NCBI GenBank assembly: GCA_002633005.1
Contig: NMRA01000686.1
Location: forward strand, 62,001 to 126,000
Direction: 5' to 3'
DNA: 64,000 bases
Source of the DNA: Phoronis australis
Lineage: Eukaryota > Animalia > Phoronida
Below, one piece after another: positions 1 to 13,855 of this stretch (position 1 is the first letter of the stretch; each line of letters begins with the position of its first letter). The notes beneath the pieces were generated by a model, which saw only the letters and a list, made by a program, of their open reading frames with translations, ran no database searches and was not told the DNA's origin. The position numbers and the translations under genes were made by a program.

Positions 1-92
1 CGAAAAGCTGTAATTAAGTGAAAAATATGTCTAGGATAACCAACCAACCTTATTTTAGCTCAAAATGATATGGAAAAAGGTTGCCTTCGCCT

Positions 93-690
93 TTAAGACG
101 CTTATAATGCACCGGATAGGGTCAATTAGTGCAAAGGTCATCTAACGTTCAAAATGTTATATCTCTTACGTTTTTTAAGGAATTCTTTTCAATTTCAGCA
201 CACTAGTGTAAGTCAATATGCCAATTGAACAACATAAATTACTACGCAATAGGCCTAACCAATCCGAAAAAAAACAGGTCAAAGGTCATTGAGTGCAAAC
301 TAAAATTTTGAGCTAGAGATTTCAAAATTTCATATCTGCTTAGTGAATGAGATTGAGTTTGAATTCTAAATGTTCAGGTCTATTGGTGCACCCATAGGGT
401 CATTAGGTACATTTTTCTTTTGAAAGTTTGACCAATTCATTCATCTTGTATTCTGAAGTAAAACATCTATGATTCTTAGCATTAACCACACTTTAAATTG
501 ATTTTATAATTATTCCCTCATCGCAGTTCATAATGCACCGAAAGAGGTCAATTTGTGGAAAGGTCATCAAAATATTAACATGTAATTTCTCCTACAATTT
601 GAAAGAATTCCTTTTCATATTGCTAAACGGGTTGCTGTCAGTAACTTCCCATAACAATTCCTTTAATACGCACGCGCAGAGTCCATGTCA
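93..690 (+). mobile_element. Non-autonomous Helentron/HINE-like repeat, 3' part (same family as 51485-54353)
   Basis: Clearly similar to 52180-52790 and 53360-53950 (aatgcaccggatagggtcaattagtgcaaaggtcat...; ends gcacgcgcagagtcc). Confidence 0.75.
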
Positions 691-1083
691 CGTACGAAAA
701 AGGGAGCATGTATTATTTGACGAAGTTTAAGAACTTATAAGACCAACAGGTAAGCTGTACGCAAAAAAAAACCCGGAAAATGTAGGATCGGGCCTACACA
801 CAAATTGGCACGGGAAGTCTTCCAAAACCAAACGTTCAATCGATGTTGTAATGAGATAATGAATGACATAACTACTATCTAATTCATAAATAGTGTATTT
901 GATTCCCGGTAATGGAACTTCGTGTCGGTAGCAATGAGGTTTCACAATACTGGAGGTACCCAAAGCACACTGCAGTGGCAATTTATGAAGCGGGTGAGTG
1001 GCAAACAGCAGTTACCCTTCTTCCGCCCTTGGTAAGGGACAACTTAGGTATTGTCGGCTACAAGTAAACTTACACAAAGTCAA

Positions 1084-2165
1084 ACACTGATTATGATAGA
1101 GTGCCCCAAAACTCAACGTTTACTGGGTTCAAAGCAAGGTTTGGCTATAGCCAGTGACCGGAGCGCTTAGTGTTGAGATGTAGTTTCAAGCGCGCCAAAT
1201 CATTCTTCCGGCTTTGAAATAACATCATTCTATATGGACAAAGGTATGTATGTAAACGCGAAGTTATTCCCATGAATATGCATCAGATACATTATGCGTT
1301 ACGCAGATGTTTTACACAACGGCGTAGCCTGTGTAGTTTTGTCTTAACTCGTTTTACAGTTTCGAGTCATATGTTTCAGCTATTTGGAGAAGGCTCTGAA
1401 TTCTCGATATTTGATTTCGTGAACAACTTGAAAGNCCGACCGGGCGGACAAAAATTCGTGATGTGTGCTGTATATAAATTTGGATTCATTGTATATTCAT
1501 ATTCCATAATGTACCGGGAGAGGTCATTTGGTGCAAAGGTCATGTAATTTTCAAAGTTCTACTTCTTCTTTATTTTAAAAGGTATTCTTTTCAAATTCGG
1601 TACATAGGTATAAGTCAGTAAGGCAATTATAAAAATTACTTTTCTAAATAATCGGGTAATCCAATCAGGTTGAACCGGTCAAAGGACAATAGGTGCAAAC
1701 TAAGATTTTAAGCTAGACACTTCAAATTCACAGGTCTGATTGGCACAGGTAATTCAATTTGGAATCCAAAGTTTCAGTTCATTTAGTGCAAAAATGGGTT
1801 CATTAGGTGCATTTTCACACTGATTATGTTAGAGTGCCCCAAAACTCAACGTTTACTGGGTTCAAAGCAAGGTTTGGCTATAGCCAGTGACTAAGCGCTT
1901 AGTGTTGAGATGTAGTTTCAAGCGCGCCAAATCATTCTTCCGGCTTTGAAATAACATCATTCTATATGGACAAAGGTATGTATGTAAACGCGTGGTTATT
2001 CCCATGAATATGCATCAGATACATTATGCGTTACGCAGATGTTTTACACAACGGCGTAGCCTGTGTAGTTTTGTCTTAACTCGTTTTAAAGTTTCGAGTC
2101 ATATGTTTCAGCTATTTGGAGAAGGCTCTGAATTCTCGATATTTGATTTCGTGAACAACTTGAAA
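1084..2165 (+). repeat. ~350-bp direct duplication (1084-1433 and 1817-2165) around an 'n' at 1434 and a HINE fragment (~1435-1816)
   Basis: Near-identical copies starting (a/c)acactgattatg(a/t)tagagtgcccc; single n at the junction suggests a haplotype or scaffolding artefact. Confidence 0.8.
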
Positions 2166-2281
2166 GGAGTGATAGACGCTGCTTATAAGTTCTCAGTCGA
2201 GTACAAGAAAGCAAAGATGGCGAATAAGCTTCCATATGGGATGTCAGAAGGTGCATGGTCGTTAGTTAGAGCAAACTTCCG
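2092..2281 (+). pseudogene. Possible coding exon of an unidentified, probably decayed gene (VSSHMFQLFGEGSEFSIFDFVNNLKGVIDAAYKFSVEYKKAKMANKLPYGMSEGAWSLVRANFR)
   Basis: Open frame ending at a gtgag donor; ttttacag acceptor in the duplicate copy (~1360); compatible small exon 3215-3246 (IIAEQVLNGR|gtaag); neighbouring candidate exons contain stops; no family recognised. Confidence 0.3.
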
Positions 2282-4881
2282 GTGAGAAAAAAATCGTTAG
2301 GAGAGCGTTCACTGGGGTTAGTGCTGTGTATTTTGAGGTGATCACATAAATCCTTGCTTTTAATATGTTGGTGTTTATGGGGTGAGTACCCGAACCTACT
2401 GTAGCAAGCACTATGTTTGCCTCAGAATGTATTGTTGCGAGGTTGAAATGTTGTATCAGCTTTCAAGATTCCCCGTTTCAATTGTATGAACTAAATTTCT
2501 CGTCTCAGCTGTATAGCAACGCCGCTTTTTTCAAAAACTCGTTAGTGACTAATTAAAGAATTCCAATAGTCATTTCCAAGAATCAAAAATTCAGAGCTTC
2601 CCCCCCTCTGTTGTTTCTTCATGTACATCTGTGTCGAGTACATGTAAAAGGGTTATATGTAAGCTTAGCTTTCAATTTAACCAATGCTTGCAATGCTTGA
2701 ATATACAATATGTGTTAAATGGAAAATTCCGCAAAATCACGGAACTATGAGATGCAGTTTGGATGTTGTCACATTATCCACAATTGAAAACACAACTTCA
2801 GATTACAACGTTTGTTTTACTAATTTCCCTGCAGTTTTGTTTTAATTCAGTGACGAAACCCACACCTTTTACGATTTTTACCGAACTTTTGTGGCATTTT
2901 TTTCAAGAAATTTGTGTGCCATACAATTCAAACTTCATGGTGGCTGCTGCGTGTGAATGTCAAAATTTTCCTACAACGTTATTACAAAATTAGGGGACAT
3001 AGATTCTTAAAATTGCAATGCCGAGAAATGCAAGTATCATCAATGAGAAGTATACGGGACCATCGAAACCATAATATGAAAAAAATCTGCATATATATTG
3101 TGTGCATTGTGATGCGCATGCGCAAAGGTGTGTGCATTGTGCATTGATGCATTATTAGGAAGACATTACCAGGAACGGTCAAATGCCAGTTCAACAGTGT
3201 TGTTTATTTTCCTAGAATAATTGCAGAGCAAGTTCTGAATGGACGAAGTAAGACCTTACTTTTTAAGCAGATGTGACCAAAATATTTGTTCTGCTACAAA
3301 CACTCACTGTGATCTCAGAGTGTCTTAACGGACTTTCATGAAATTTCGAACACATGCAGCTGAAGTACACGTATCTGTAATAAGAGCAGCCAGTTCGGAG
3401 ACACAGCCCTTTCCAACTAACCTCACTAGATGCAGATTTGCCTCCCCGTGTGGCCAAAGAACAATAGACTACGTGTAAATGTATATGTATCAATGGCGTG
3501 GCAGTTATGACGTCAGTGACATGCATCGCTGATTTCCCACTGTACTTGAAATTCCATTTACATTTAAAATTCGTGTTTAAAAATTGTTTTCAAGCCTTCA
3601 CTTATGCTTGATTTCCTTACTGAATCCGTCATCAACTGACCACAGAGATTTTACAAAATGTTTGTTATTTTAGAATATAATACACTTGCAAAAAAACAGC
3701 AACTTGTTATTTCTGGCAAAAAAGCAACTTGGCAATTAAACCATTTACACCGTGATAATAAATGTTTGAATTCGGTTACCAACAATTCTTTTAGGACATT
3801 TTAATTATTCATTTCTTCGTCAGCAGAAGTACTTTTTAATCAAAAAAGCAAACGTAAAATTAAACTCTTGAATTTTTTTTTGTGACGACATCATTCTATC
3901 TGATCTCCACCCCCGTGTTGATCTACACCAGTCGCGTGCCGTAGAAGTCTCGAAAACTGCCGTGCGACTGAGTATTGTGAAAAGATGTGGGGAGAATGCA
4001 AAAATAAGCGGACAGACAACTTTTCAGTGTTTGTTTTTCAAAGTACACGTACCTTTAGTTCAAGCAAAAATGAGACAGGTTCTTTGTCTGACACGGGTAT
4101 GGCAGCGCACGGTGGAGCATATGATCAGTTCAGTGACCACGTGGTGCCCAATCTATCTTGGAGGATCATGCTTCAATTCACAGCCGAAGCGGAGATTTGA
4201 TGAAGGTTTCTCCAGTGTCTAAGTCCATATGGTGGAGAACGTAGTTGCCAGACACATTGCTGAGTGTACAGTAGGCCTCAGCATCAAAGTATGACTGAGA
4301 TAATGAGAGGCTGAAATAAGTTTCCATCAGCCTATTCCTGTTCAAAATTTTGTGGGAATGCCTGCTATACTCATATTCCTCAATGTCCAATAGAATAAAA
4401 TGGGATGTAGTCACAAGCCCAGCTGGCACCAAGGGTGGAGTCGGACACTGGACGAAAATAAGCGACGATTCACATTATACAGGGCTTTCAGAAATTCAGA
4501 ACATACAAGACAGAAACGTTTATCTCTTACCAGATATATACCCAGAAGATAGTTCCGTACGAACGCATTCGGCACTCGAGAATATGAACTCCGTGCCCGC
4601 TATTTGCAGCCAAGGTCTTTGGCAGTCAGGGTAAAAATATTGGTTAGATATACAGTGATTCAATGAAAGGATTTTTAAATCCTTAAAATTACTATTTTGC
4701 AGTATGAACTCTCTACAAAATGGATAGGCTCCAACTCGGCTCCACTCGCCAAAGACGCGGGTGCAGGAGGGTTGCTTTCGTACGGCGCGCCCTCAAACAC
4801 ACAAAGTCTGCCCATATGGCGAGGTCTAACTCATTACTCGTTTCAGTTATGACTTTAGTGTCGTATTTATCCCATTTCCAT

Positions 4882-6643
4882 AGACCCTATTCACGCGGCG
4901 GCCATTAAGATCCAAAGCGAGGCACACTGCGATAAACAAAGCGAAAGTAGACATTGCGTGAGTTAAATAGCCGGTCTTTCGAGTTCAACCTGGATATTAA
5001 ATTTTAATGATGTGTCGACAATTAACCACAGAGACGTAGAAAATTACATTAGAGAACAAGTTAAGGCGCCAAAGAGTTGTCTGACGAAAGGTTTTAATTT
5101 TTTTGGAAAACTAGGTTCGAAACATGAAAAGTAAATATGACCAAATTGCAGCGATCGTAGTGTTACGGATTAGGTATTATGCTGAATGCAGGGTTACGTT
5201 TTTTCTTGTAAATTGTTGATCAAAATACTTTCTACGCGGACCAGGTCATCTGCTCGTATTGTTGACGAGTTGAAGACATTCTACAGTGGTGTCTGTCATG
5301 TGCAATTAGTCACATCTGGTTTAATTTGTTGATCAAGAATATTAACATCAAGCATAGCCTGATCCTATGCACTCACTGGGACTAACAGTTGATTTGTCAT
5401 TGGTCTGAGAGAATAATTGATGTTATTAAATATATTTTTATTAAAATAAAAAAACCGGCTCGTAATTGAAAATAAAAATTATTTGACCATCAATGCTTTC
5501 TTGGTTGTAATAATTCTTACGTCTATTTCATGTGTTAGATTTCAAATATCAATCTGAATTTGAATTTTAAAATTAAAACACCTAATTCGTTTGTCCAAAA
5601 CATAACATCGTTTTAGAACTCAATTTCAGTTAACTGGACAATGCAATCATAGTTATCATGTTTCTGCAGAAGCCTCTTTCATCCGAGGGGAACGGTGCCA
5701 GTGCCTACTGAGAGGCGATTTTTCCGCCGAGTGAGGGCGGGAACAATCTACCTCCCGCTCACCATCAATAGCACCCCCTGCTCTCATAGGCTCTTCCTCA
5801 ATTTAAAGTAGCCTTTTTTGCTCTTAAAATTGTCACCTGTGTGGTTACAGGTGATGTGAACTCAGAGAGATTTTTCACTAGGGGAATTTTTATGCCTCGT
5901 GGGGGGAATTTCGCGTGATATTTCAATATGTTTGAGAGGGGAATATGGCCGATATTGGGCCCCAAATTAGAGAGATTTAGGGCCCAGTCCTTTTTGGAAA
6001 GAAAAATTATAATGTTTCAACCTGTAATAGGGGCGGATCCAGGTTTTTTAGTTGGGGGGGGGCAGGGCACAGGAATAAGCAGCATTTTGGCAGATGCGCG
6101 CGCCCAGCCTAAACTCTGCGGATGCAGGGGTCTTGAATTCTTGTGTCAGCGGACCTGTTGACGAAAAAACGGTAAACTTGGTTCATTCAGCGCCTATGCG
6201 TTGTTTATTCACCCCCAAGACCCGCCCTGGTTGCGCACGTGAGCTAGTCAGCAATTTGGACCCGAACTCAAAAATGGGATCTGATTCAATTTTAGGACCC
6301 CCCCCCCTAATCCGTTGTCATGAAAACACAGCCTGGCTGGCCCATTCTCCGGTCGTTAATATGATGCTTAACAACTGACCGACATGCGACAAAATATGAT
6401 CTAACTTTTCGAAAACATTTATAAATTTTACACGGACATATTTTGCTTCCTCGTGGCAACGACCCAACGCCTCCGAATCTCAACGGCTTTAAAGATTGTG
6501 AAGCAGACAGTTGCGTGTCCGTATTTTTTCTAGCCGTCGCGGAACAACACGGTCTGAAACACAAAACTATGCCGATAAGCTAACTGAGCTATCGTAGCGA
6601 GCTTCGTTTTGGAATGCGCCTCCTGTAGGCGTGAATAGGGTCT
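4882..6643. mobile_element. ISL2EU/IS4EU-like non-autonomous DNA transposon
   Basis: TIR agaccctattcacgc...gcgtgaatagggtct flanked by AT on both sides; decayed THAP-like reading at one end and an ORF-start remnant (NHRDVENYIREQVKAPKSCLTKGFNFF) at the other. Confidence 0.7.
6027..6315 (+). mobile_element. MITE of the (c)agggg/tggcggatc family nested in the ISL2EU-like copy
   Basis: Segment absent from the second ISL2EU-like copy; termini resemble those at 14398-14697, 43520-43777 and 54430-54585. Confidence 0.55.
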
Positions 6644-8169
6644 ATAGCTGTCTTTAAAATACTCGCTTACCTTGCCCTCTAAGTCTTCGTAACTAACAAA
6701 GTCAATACTCTCCGCCCGTGTGTAAATGTACTGTTATCTGATAGCATATTAAAGCTCCCTGCATGACCTTTTAGAACCTAAATTGGACTTTTAATTGCTA
6801 GAGTGCCTCCATTTGGAAGCTCTTGTGCACCAGCGGAAAATCTAAAGTAGGTGAAATTATGATAGAAAACAAGGGGCAGTAGGTGACGGGAAGAAAATTG
6901 CCTGACCCGTTGAATTTAAATAGCATCCTTCTGTCACGGTTTCTCATGTGTGTGGGTGGGCGCAGGTTGTTACAGACCAGGCCAGTGATAATAGCTTTCG
7001 GTGCGAAGATAGACTGAAGACTAGTGCAAGTTAATCTTTTAGCTGGCACTCAATTGACTCTCGCTATAACTGCTGAATCTCTTCACTGCAACTCTTTAAC
7101 TGCTCAACTCCTTTTTCTGATTAACTTCTAATTAACTGTCTCTCAGGCCTGTGGCTGTGTAATTATAGATTAATGCATTGTTTTAGAACTGTTAATCAAT
7201 TCAAGCACATGCCAGAACTTTTCGAAGTCTACCTAATTATTCTACAAACATGTACTAGTCTCTAGAATATTCCAGACTGAATTAATCACTGTCATGCTAG
7301 AGTTTTCTACAAAGTTCCACCCTATACTGTAGTAAACAAATTACATCATCACTGTGCTTAACTCAGGGGTCATAACAATCAAACAGAACAACAAAACAAA
7401 CAATACAACTAAAAACATTTTCATTCTATATTCTGGAAGCTTCAGTTGTCCATTTTAAAAAAGTTGTCCATATTTGAAGGAAATATTTAAAATATCTATA
7501 TAAAAATTCCACGTTTGTTTTGTTCTTTGTTTCAGTGGTTCCTACTATTATTTTGACTATATCCCTGGTATTCTTCCAATCCTTCGATGGAAGGTATTTG
7601 ACAATTTCACTCGTGCCGTGGCGCAACTGGTGAGGAGAGAAGAAGGTGAATTCATATCCATGTTAGAGAACATCGATGAAATGAAAAAAGGTGACGTCAT
7701 TTTAATCCTCCAGTACATAAGCATCTTCTGTTCATGGAGAACTAAGTCGACCATAAAAATCTCTCACGTTGGAAGTGCAGAACAATACATGCTGTTATGA
7801 TGGTCCACAAAAATAATGTTTTGCGCATCTGCTAAGGAGAACGCTACAGACTGCTCCATTCTGTTTTCGGGTGGATTGATGTATGATGCGCCCCAAGTGT
7901 ACTAGTAATAGTATCTTTTAGTGTTTCAGCCGCAAAAATCACGGCGGAGTGTGCCGCCGCCATTGGCATTTTTGTTTAGGTTTTTAAACAAAAACTATAT
8001 GCATGTATTATTCACGATTGTATCTCCTAAATCGTTTGCAAGGTTTTGGCACAATTTTACCAGGATATACTACTTCCAACACGCCACACTGAAAAAGATG
8101 ATGTGTACCCACACAATGGAGATCATGGTTAAGATTCCCACTACTGAGTCTGATTGGATTTCTGTGTTT

Positions 8170-8260
8170 GACCAGTGGTCTCAATGGATCAGTGGCTGAG
8201 AGTGTCTGCACGGTTAACACAAGGTCCTGGGTGCGAGTCCCGGTCAGGGGCGGAAATCTT
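8170..8260 (+). mobile_element. tRNA-derived SINE head
   Basis: A-box-like tggatcagtgg and B-box-like ggtgcgagtccc with tRNA spacing; degenerate cloverleaf. Confidence 0.5.
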
Positions 8261-8492
8261 TTCGGACTTATACTCATTAGGTTACGTGATGTGATCAAAA
8301 AGATCGCACGTTGAACGGGATAAATTACTTGCAACATATTTCGAGCGTCACTGAAAAAGATGGTATTTACATATTTACTAGTTCATGTCTGAGATCGTGA
8401 AAACCGGTGACGTCTACTCTACGGTTGTGACCTCTGTTTTGCTGCATCGTGACATTTTTCAGTTTTCCTCTGTATTTTCGGAGTTTATCTAG

Positions 8493-9120
8493 GTGTTTTT
8501 CATAAAGGACAACGTTAAAGTTTGTAAGCCTGATGATTACCTTGATGTTATTATTTATTATCGGAATAGGAAGTCCTCCAACTTGGTCATGAAAAATAAC
8601 ATCTCTAAAGCGAAAGTCCGCCCCGTTGCACAGTGTAGTGTTGTTTATGAATTTGTATGCCCTGTGAACGAATGTCTTCGTTCAAACGTCAAACAATGTT
8701 ACATTGGTCAAACGGTTTGCAGTCTTTCCCGTCGGTCACCCATGCATCTTCAAAATGGCGCCATTCAAGATCATTTTCTGCAATACCACGCACGTAAAAT
8801 CACCCGTCAAGAAATTGTGGAAAACACGTCAATTCGCTACGTGGAGCAAGATGTGCTGCGTTTGAAAGTATTAGAGTCCCTTTTAATTGCTTTTGAGAAG
8901 CCTATTTTGAATGAGCAGCAAACAGGGTCGCGCCGCACGTTACACTTGTTTGCGTGACTTTCCTGTTACCCTAATTCTTTAGTCATTCTTTGCAGTATTT
9001 CACACCCGCCGTGTCTCACTGTGTGTGTCGTCAGCTTATACTCTGTGGTGGCATTACTGCGTCATTTTATCTTCACTTGAGAATGAAACAAGTATGTTTC
9101 GAAATATCGTGTGTCTTTTA
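8493..9120 (+). mobile_element. Penelope-like retroelement 3' fragment: GIY-YIG endonuclease plus 3' UTR
   Basis: ORF 8493-8957 has VVYEFVCP...CYIGQTVCSLSRR...HLQNGAIQDH...LKVLESLLIAFEKPILNEQ, typical of a Penelope GIY-YIG domain; RT absent. Confidence 0.85.
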
Positions 9121-9727
9121 ATTATGTCGCTAGGTCAGTTACTGTATCTATGTTCAGTAGAGAGTAGAGTTTTGTTCAGAAAGTATGAACGCAACGGAAT
9201 AAAGACCGTTAACAATGAAAAGTGTCGTGCATTCAACAAATTCTGTAGGTGTTTTTCATGAATGTTTGTACATTGGTGTATATTACAGACTAGTTTGATC
9301 TAAGGTGTGCCACTAGTGGCCATTGTTATTAATTTCTATTTTCTTTTTGCGTCTGGCCACCTATTGGCCAAACTACCGTAAGGGTCACTGTAAAAAATGA
9401 CTTATACGTTTTCTCTAAAATCAGGGTCCTTAATGTTGACTTTGGGGAAGCTGCAATTACCTTAATGGACCCAATTTGCATTTTGTTAATGTTATAAAAT
9501 CCGCACCCTGGTGGCAATTTATGACATGAAACTCAACAATATATTCTGTTACTCGGTGGACCATCGTGTAAATATGGACGTGGTTCTATTTAGAAGAGAA
9601 AAACATATTAGGATTTGAAGACAAAACTGACATCTGGCAACATTGATTTTATTTGAGTTTGCCTTGATATCTACCAAGTTCCTCGATAACATCAGCCCTT
9701 TCCCTTTTCAGTCGGGTTTGTCCGGCG

Positions 9728-9840
9728 ATGCACCCCTTTGCGCTGCAACCTCCTGCGCTGCACCTCTGCGTTGCAATCCCCTGCCCTGCACCCTTTCCGC
9801 TGCACCCCCTGCGCTGCACCCCCTGCGCTGCACTCACTGC
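9728..9840 (+). repeat. Degenerate GC-rich minisatellite (gctgcacccc...)n
   Basis: Repeated gcgctgcacccc(t) units. Confidence 0.75.
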
Positions 9841-10165
9841 ATTTTAATTAATATCTCTGCTCTTTTACATTAGACTTCGGTACAAGCTGCTGGAACATTT
9901 AAATGAAAATGTTCCTCTTGAGGAGAGCATTGTCGACTTACTTTGCCCTTCCTGCAAGTTAATGTTAGTTTACTAGGATAACAGGTCTTGCTACTGCTGT
10001 TTGCGTTTTAGGGTTGACACAGAGCCTACGTACATACTATACCTGCTTTCACATGTCTGTTATAGGTTATCCGTCATCTGTCATCATAAAATGTTGTCGA
10101 AAATGGCAATGGATACGTCAATGAAAATTAATGACAGATTACTGACACACATTTTTTATTTCTAG

Positions 10166-10195
10166 GCTTTCAGAAGTGCAGTGGAAGTGTTCGAC
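10166..10195 (+). CDS. Candidate micro-exon of the plus-strand gene
   Basis: ttttttatttctag|GCTTTCAGAAGTGCAGTGGAAGTGTTCGAC|gtgagt; 30 nt with strong splice signals, compatible with the phase-1 exon at 13023. Confidence 0.4.
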
Positions 10196-12007
10196 GTGAG
10201 TAAGCGTTTTCAAAAATAACCGGAAATTACACTTAATAAGCAATGCGGCGACTGGCTACTTGTACCCTACCGAACGTTATATTTATAGAGGCATGGAACG
10301 CTAAAGTTCGTCAAAATATGTTTTAAAATATTCCAGAGGGATGTAGCATATTTTGAAGTCTACTACAGAGTAAGGAATTTCCAGAACAAATTTCTAAATT
10401 TATGTTTTTTGAAATAGACCCTAATAAAAAATCCTGTAGTAACAGCAGATTATGTAGTGTAATCTGCAGTCCTTATAAGGGAGATGCACTTCGTCTACAT
10501 ATCTAATTTGCCACGAAAAATAACATAACGTGTTTTGCCTCGAGGGGAAAGTCGACAACGTGATGTGCAGTTGACACGTCGTTTTTACATTTGAAAATAA
10601 AAGCAATGTGCTTTTACATAAACAGAAATTTCATTTTTTGCGAAGACATTTTAAATACCTGGTGAAAAGACTGAATTCTGTTTCAGTGACATAGAGCCAC
10701 TTTGAATAATGCAAATTAGTCTTTTTTCGTGTTCGATGCCACCATAACCTTACATTACTATACCTGAAACCAGTAGTAGAACTGTAGGAAAGCCCTGGTA
10801 AACTGAAACAACGTTAGTAACAATAAATAAGAGTGTACCACACGTAAATGTGAAGGAGGTACATGTACCCACCAGAACACCCCGGTATGACTTGGATGTC
10901 TGCCATAGTCACATCTCTTGGTATGGCCCATGGGGACCATATGAGAAAACCCCGATTGATCACACTAAGCACTGAATCGTCCGTGAGAGACAAAAGAACT
11001 CCGCGAATATTCCATCAGGTATTCATGAAGGGTTACCTAAAATGAACAATATCAAACACTGGAGGAACCACAACATAATTTTTAACGGTAGATGGAAATA
11101 ATCACCCTGGACTAAGTGCATTAGAATACCCACTTAAGTCACCAACAGAATGGTGATGAAATTGTGAGCTAGCACAGCAATGCAAAGTAACAAAAATGAA
11201 TCGGAATCCGAAGTGTTTATTTTACATGTTTCTAGTCTTTGTCCTCATAATATAGTTTACAGTAACACTGAACAATAATAAGCCCCATACCTTAGCACTG
11301 CTGCTCATCTAGAGCACTGTGAAAATAACCATGATCTTGGAATGCGTGAACTACCATTACACAGTCTAAGAATTTGTCAACAAGTTTGGCGCACATACCC
11401 TTCAATTAGGGCAGGAAAGTGACATAAAAAGTGAATCTCGTTTACAATCTGACCAGTGATGCAGATGTCACAAATTCTTTCACTCTCGGGTAGACTTGCA
11501 TGCCACGCAGATTCAATACAAAATTAGTGCAGGGCTTGACATGTTTCTTGGTTTGCTCTACATTTTGCCTATGTGTGTATTTTTCCAATACAAAGTTAAT
11601 GTTTCTATTCTTAACATTTTAAAAAATGACACTTCACAATTTTGAATTTGACAAATAAAATCTGCTATTGTAATGTTGCCACTAAAGTTGACACAGTAAT
11701 GGAGGCGGCCAATGAGATTGTTCGTGTCTCTGTATGTAATAATGTGAACGGATAGGCTCTGACCCCCTAGTGTCAAATTAAAAAAGTGAAAAGTCATATC
11801 CTGGTTCTTTGGCTTGTCGCTGGACTGCTAGTTTAATCAATCTTTGAGTTATTCATCTCATGCTGTAGACCGCAGGCTTGTGCTTAATCGTCCATTTACC
11901 CAACAACGCCGCCGTTTAACGCGATGCCCACGAAGCCATTACACTTGAAAGTTCTGTGGATGTGCATTGCACTGTTATGTCGTTTACTGCCATTTACTTT
12001 GATTTAA

Positions 12008-12459
12008 CCACAGGCGTCCTCAGCATCTGATCGTCCCCAATACACTGTAGAAATACTACAAAGTATCACATTTCGGACTAGAAATTCCACTGGTGCTTCA
12101 CTTTAGTTGTCCGTAGCAAACACAAAAATCAATAAAATTACACAAAACAGAGGTACAACAAACCATGAGGAATTGTTCTTTCTCCCAGTGCCATTTACAG
12201 TGTCCTACTTTACACAGTTCGATAGAAATTCGCGGTAAAATACAAAAATCTTCCCAAAAAGCCCGTCTGGATCAACTCCTCTTTGCCGGAGTAGAAGGTC
12301 AAGGACCATACGGAATTACCCGATGAGTTACGACAGTTGCCGATTTGTCACGGAAACTTACGAAATCGTGTCACCAATAGAATTTCTAGTCCGGAGTGTC
12401 ATATCTTGTAGTATTTATACAGTGTATTGGGAGCGATCAGTAGCTGAGGACGCCTGTGG
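12008..12459. mobile_element. MITE with long TIRs
   Basis: ccacaggcgtcctcagc...ccaatacactgta inverted against tacagtgtattgg...gctgaggacgcctgtgg; internal cggactagaaatt/aatttctagtccg also inverted. Confidence 0.85.
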
Positions 12460-13022
12460 ATTTTACATGTGGGTCGCATACAAGACACGCCGCTTATATT
12501 GAACATGTTAAGCTCCACGGACGTGAATGTAAGGAACGAACTCATCCAGCCCCATTGTGCCATGTCCACCTACTCTCAAGTTTCTTGTGCAAGCTTGTGT
12601 CTTGTCTGCGCTCCTTTAATGTACTGGGGAAAGTGACTATACCCACAGCGTGTTTAAATAGCGGGTTGTCACAACCACTACAGAGGCAAACCATTGTCAT
12701 ATACGACACACAACGAGAAAACGAGCAGAATTGCTTTACGACCCTTCACATTAAATTCAAAAATGGTGATTAATGTTGGGATTGGTTGTCCTGACTTCCA
12801 TCGTTAAGTGAATGCTCAAAACTTGGGGTCAGCTTATTAACATATAGTCGAATAGTGTCACTGGTGGTTTTATTTGACAGCTGCTGATGGGGTTGTTCTG
12901 TGTGGTTTTAGTGTGCTATCTGTGGATTCAAACACCGTAAAGGGTGATGCAATAACCAAGCACCAGCCTGCCTAATACAGATGAATCATCAAAAAGTACT
13001 TTTTGATTTTTGTTTTTTCTAG

Positions 13023-13334
13023 CATCAGATTGCAGCCTCCGTTTTGAGAGAAATGGATCAGATGTCTGGTTCTACGGAAAACATGTATGGAATGAATCGC
13101 AGCTTGGCGAAGTGATGGAGATGGGAGAGAAGTCTTGGGGAATAGATATCCGTGTCGAATATCCTCAAATGTTGATATCAAAGGGCGTGCAATGGAAAAC
13201 AAAGCTATATTATGTGCCTTATGAAAAGTTCTTTAAGTCACATACGCTGGACGAGAACGGGCGTGTTGTGTATGCGTTTTTGTCGACCGATAGAAACGTG
13301 TATGACGTATGTCTTGCGGATACAGAACGAGAAA
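13023..13334 (+). CDS. Exon of plus-strand extracellular/membrane protein (SDCSLRFERNGSDVWFYGKHVWNESQ...YDVCLADTERE)
   Basis: Long polypyrimidine tract + ag, open 312-nt phase-1/phase-1 frame, gtaagt donor; N-glycosylation sequons NGS and NES. Confidence 0.7.
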
Positions 13335-13855
13335 GTAAGTACCAGGTGGCAGTTTTTGTCAGTCTGTTTATATTGTAGCTAAGGCAGTTATTTTCGCGTT
13401 ACTAAATAAGCGACGCTACGTTTTTGTAAGAGCGAAACCGTGTTCCCCTATAGGGGTTTCTCACAATCAACTAATCTTGGAGTTGTGAGATGGTTGATAA
13501 CGCCAAAATCACTAAGTGAAATTTGAGTCACAAAGTCACAATACACTGTCGCGCTACAACGACTGTGTTGGTTGAAATCATCAAACCAGGAATTAGTACC
13601 CTTTTAAACTAAGAATTGCATTCTAAACAACAATGCATAGTATTCATTTTTGTGGCAACACCAAAGTGTACTGAGAATAAGTGTTGCATTTGAGTCTGTC
13701 ATGTATTTCCTGCTCTAATACGCGGTTGACATGTGTTTAGTAATATTAACTTAACATCGTTTTGATGCGAAAAATGTAAATGTAATTGATGAGAATGTAA
13801 CCGTGATACGAATTCAAAAATGCGCCAACATTCAACTTCTATATCCCTAATGCAG

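Noticed and set aside
6930-7377. Solo LTR-like segment on the minus strand (TGTTATGA...GTGACA)
   Set aside because: No matching TSD, second LTR or PBS found
8170-8260. tRNA gene
   Set aside because: Stems are degenerate; better explained as a SINE head, as at 25236 and 29590
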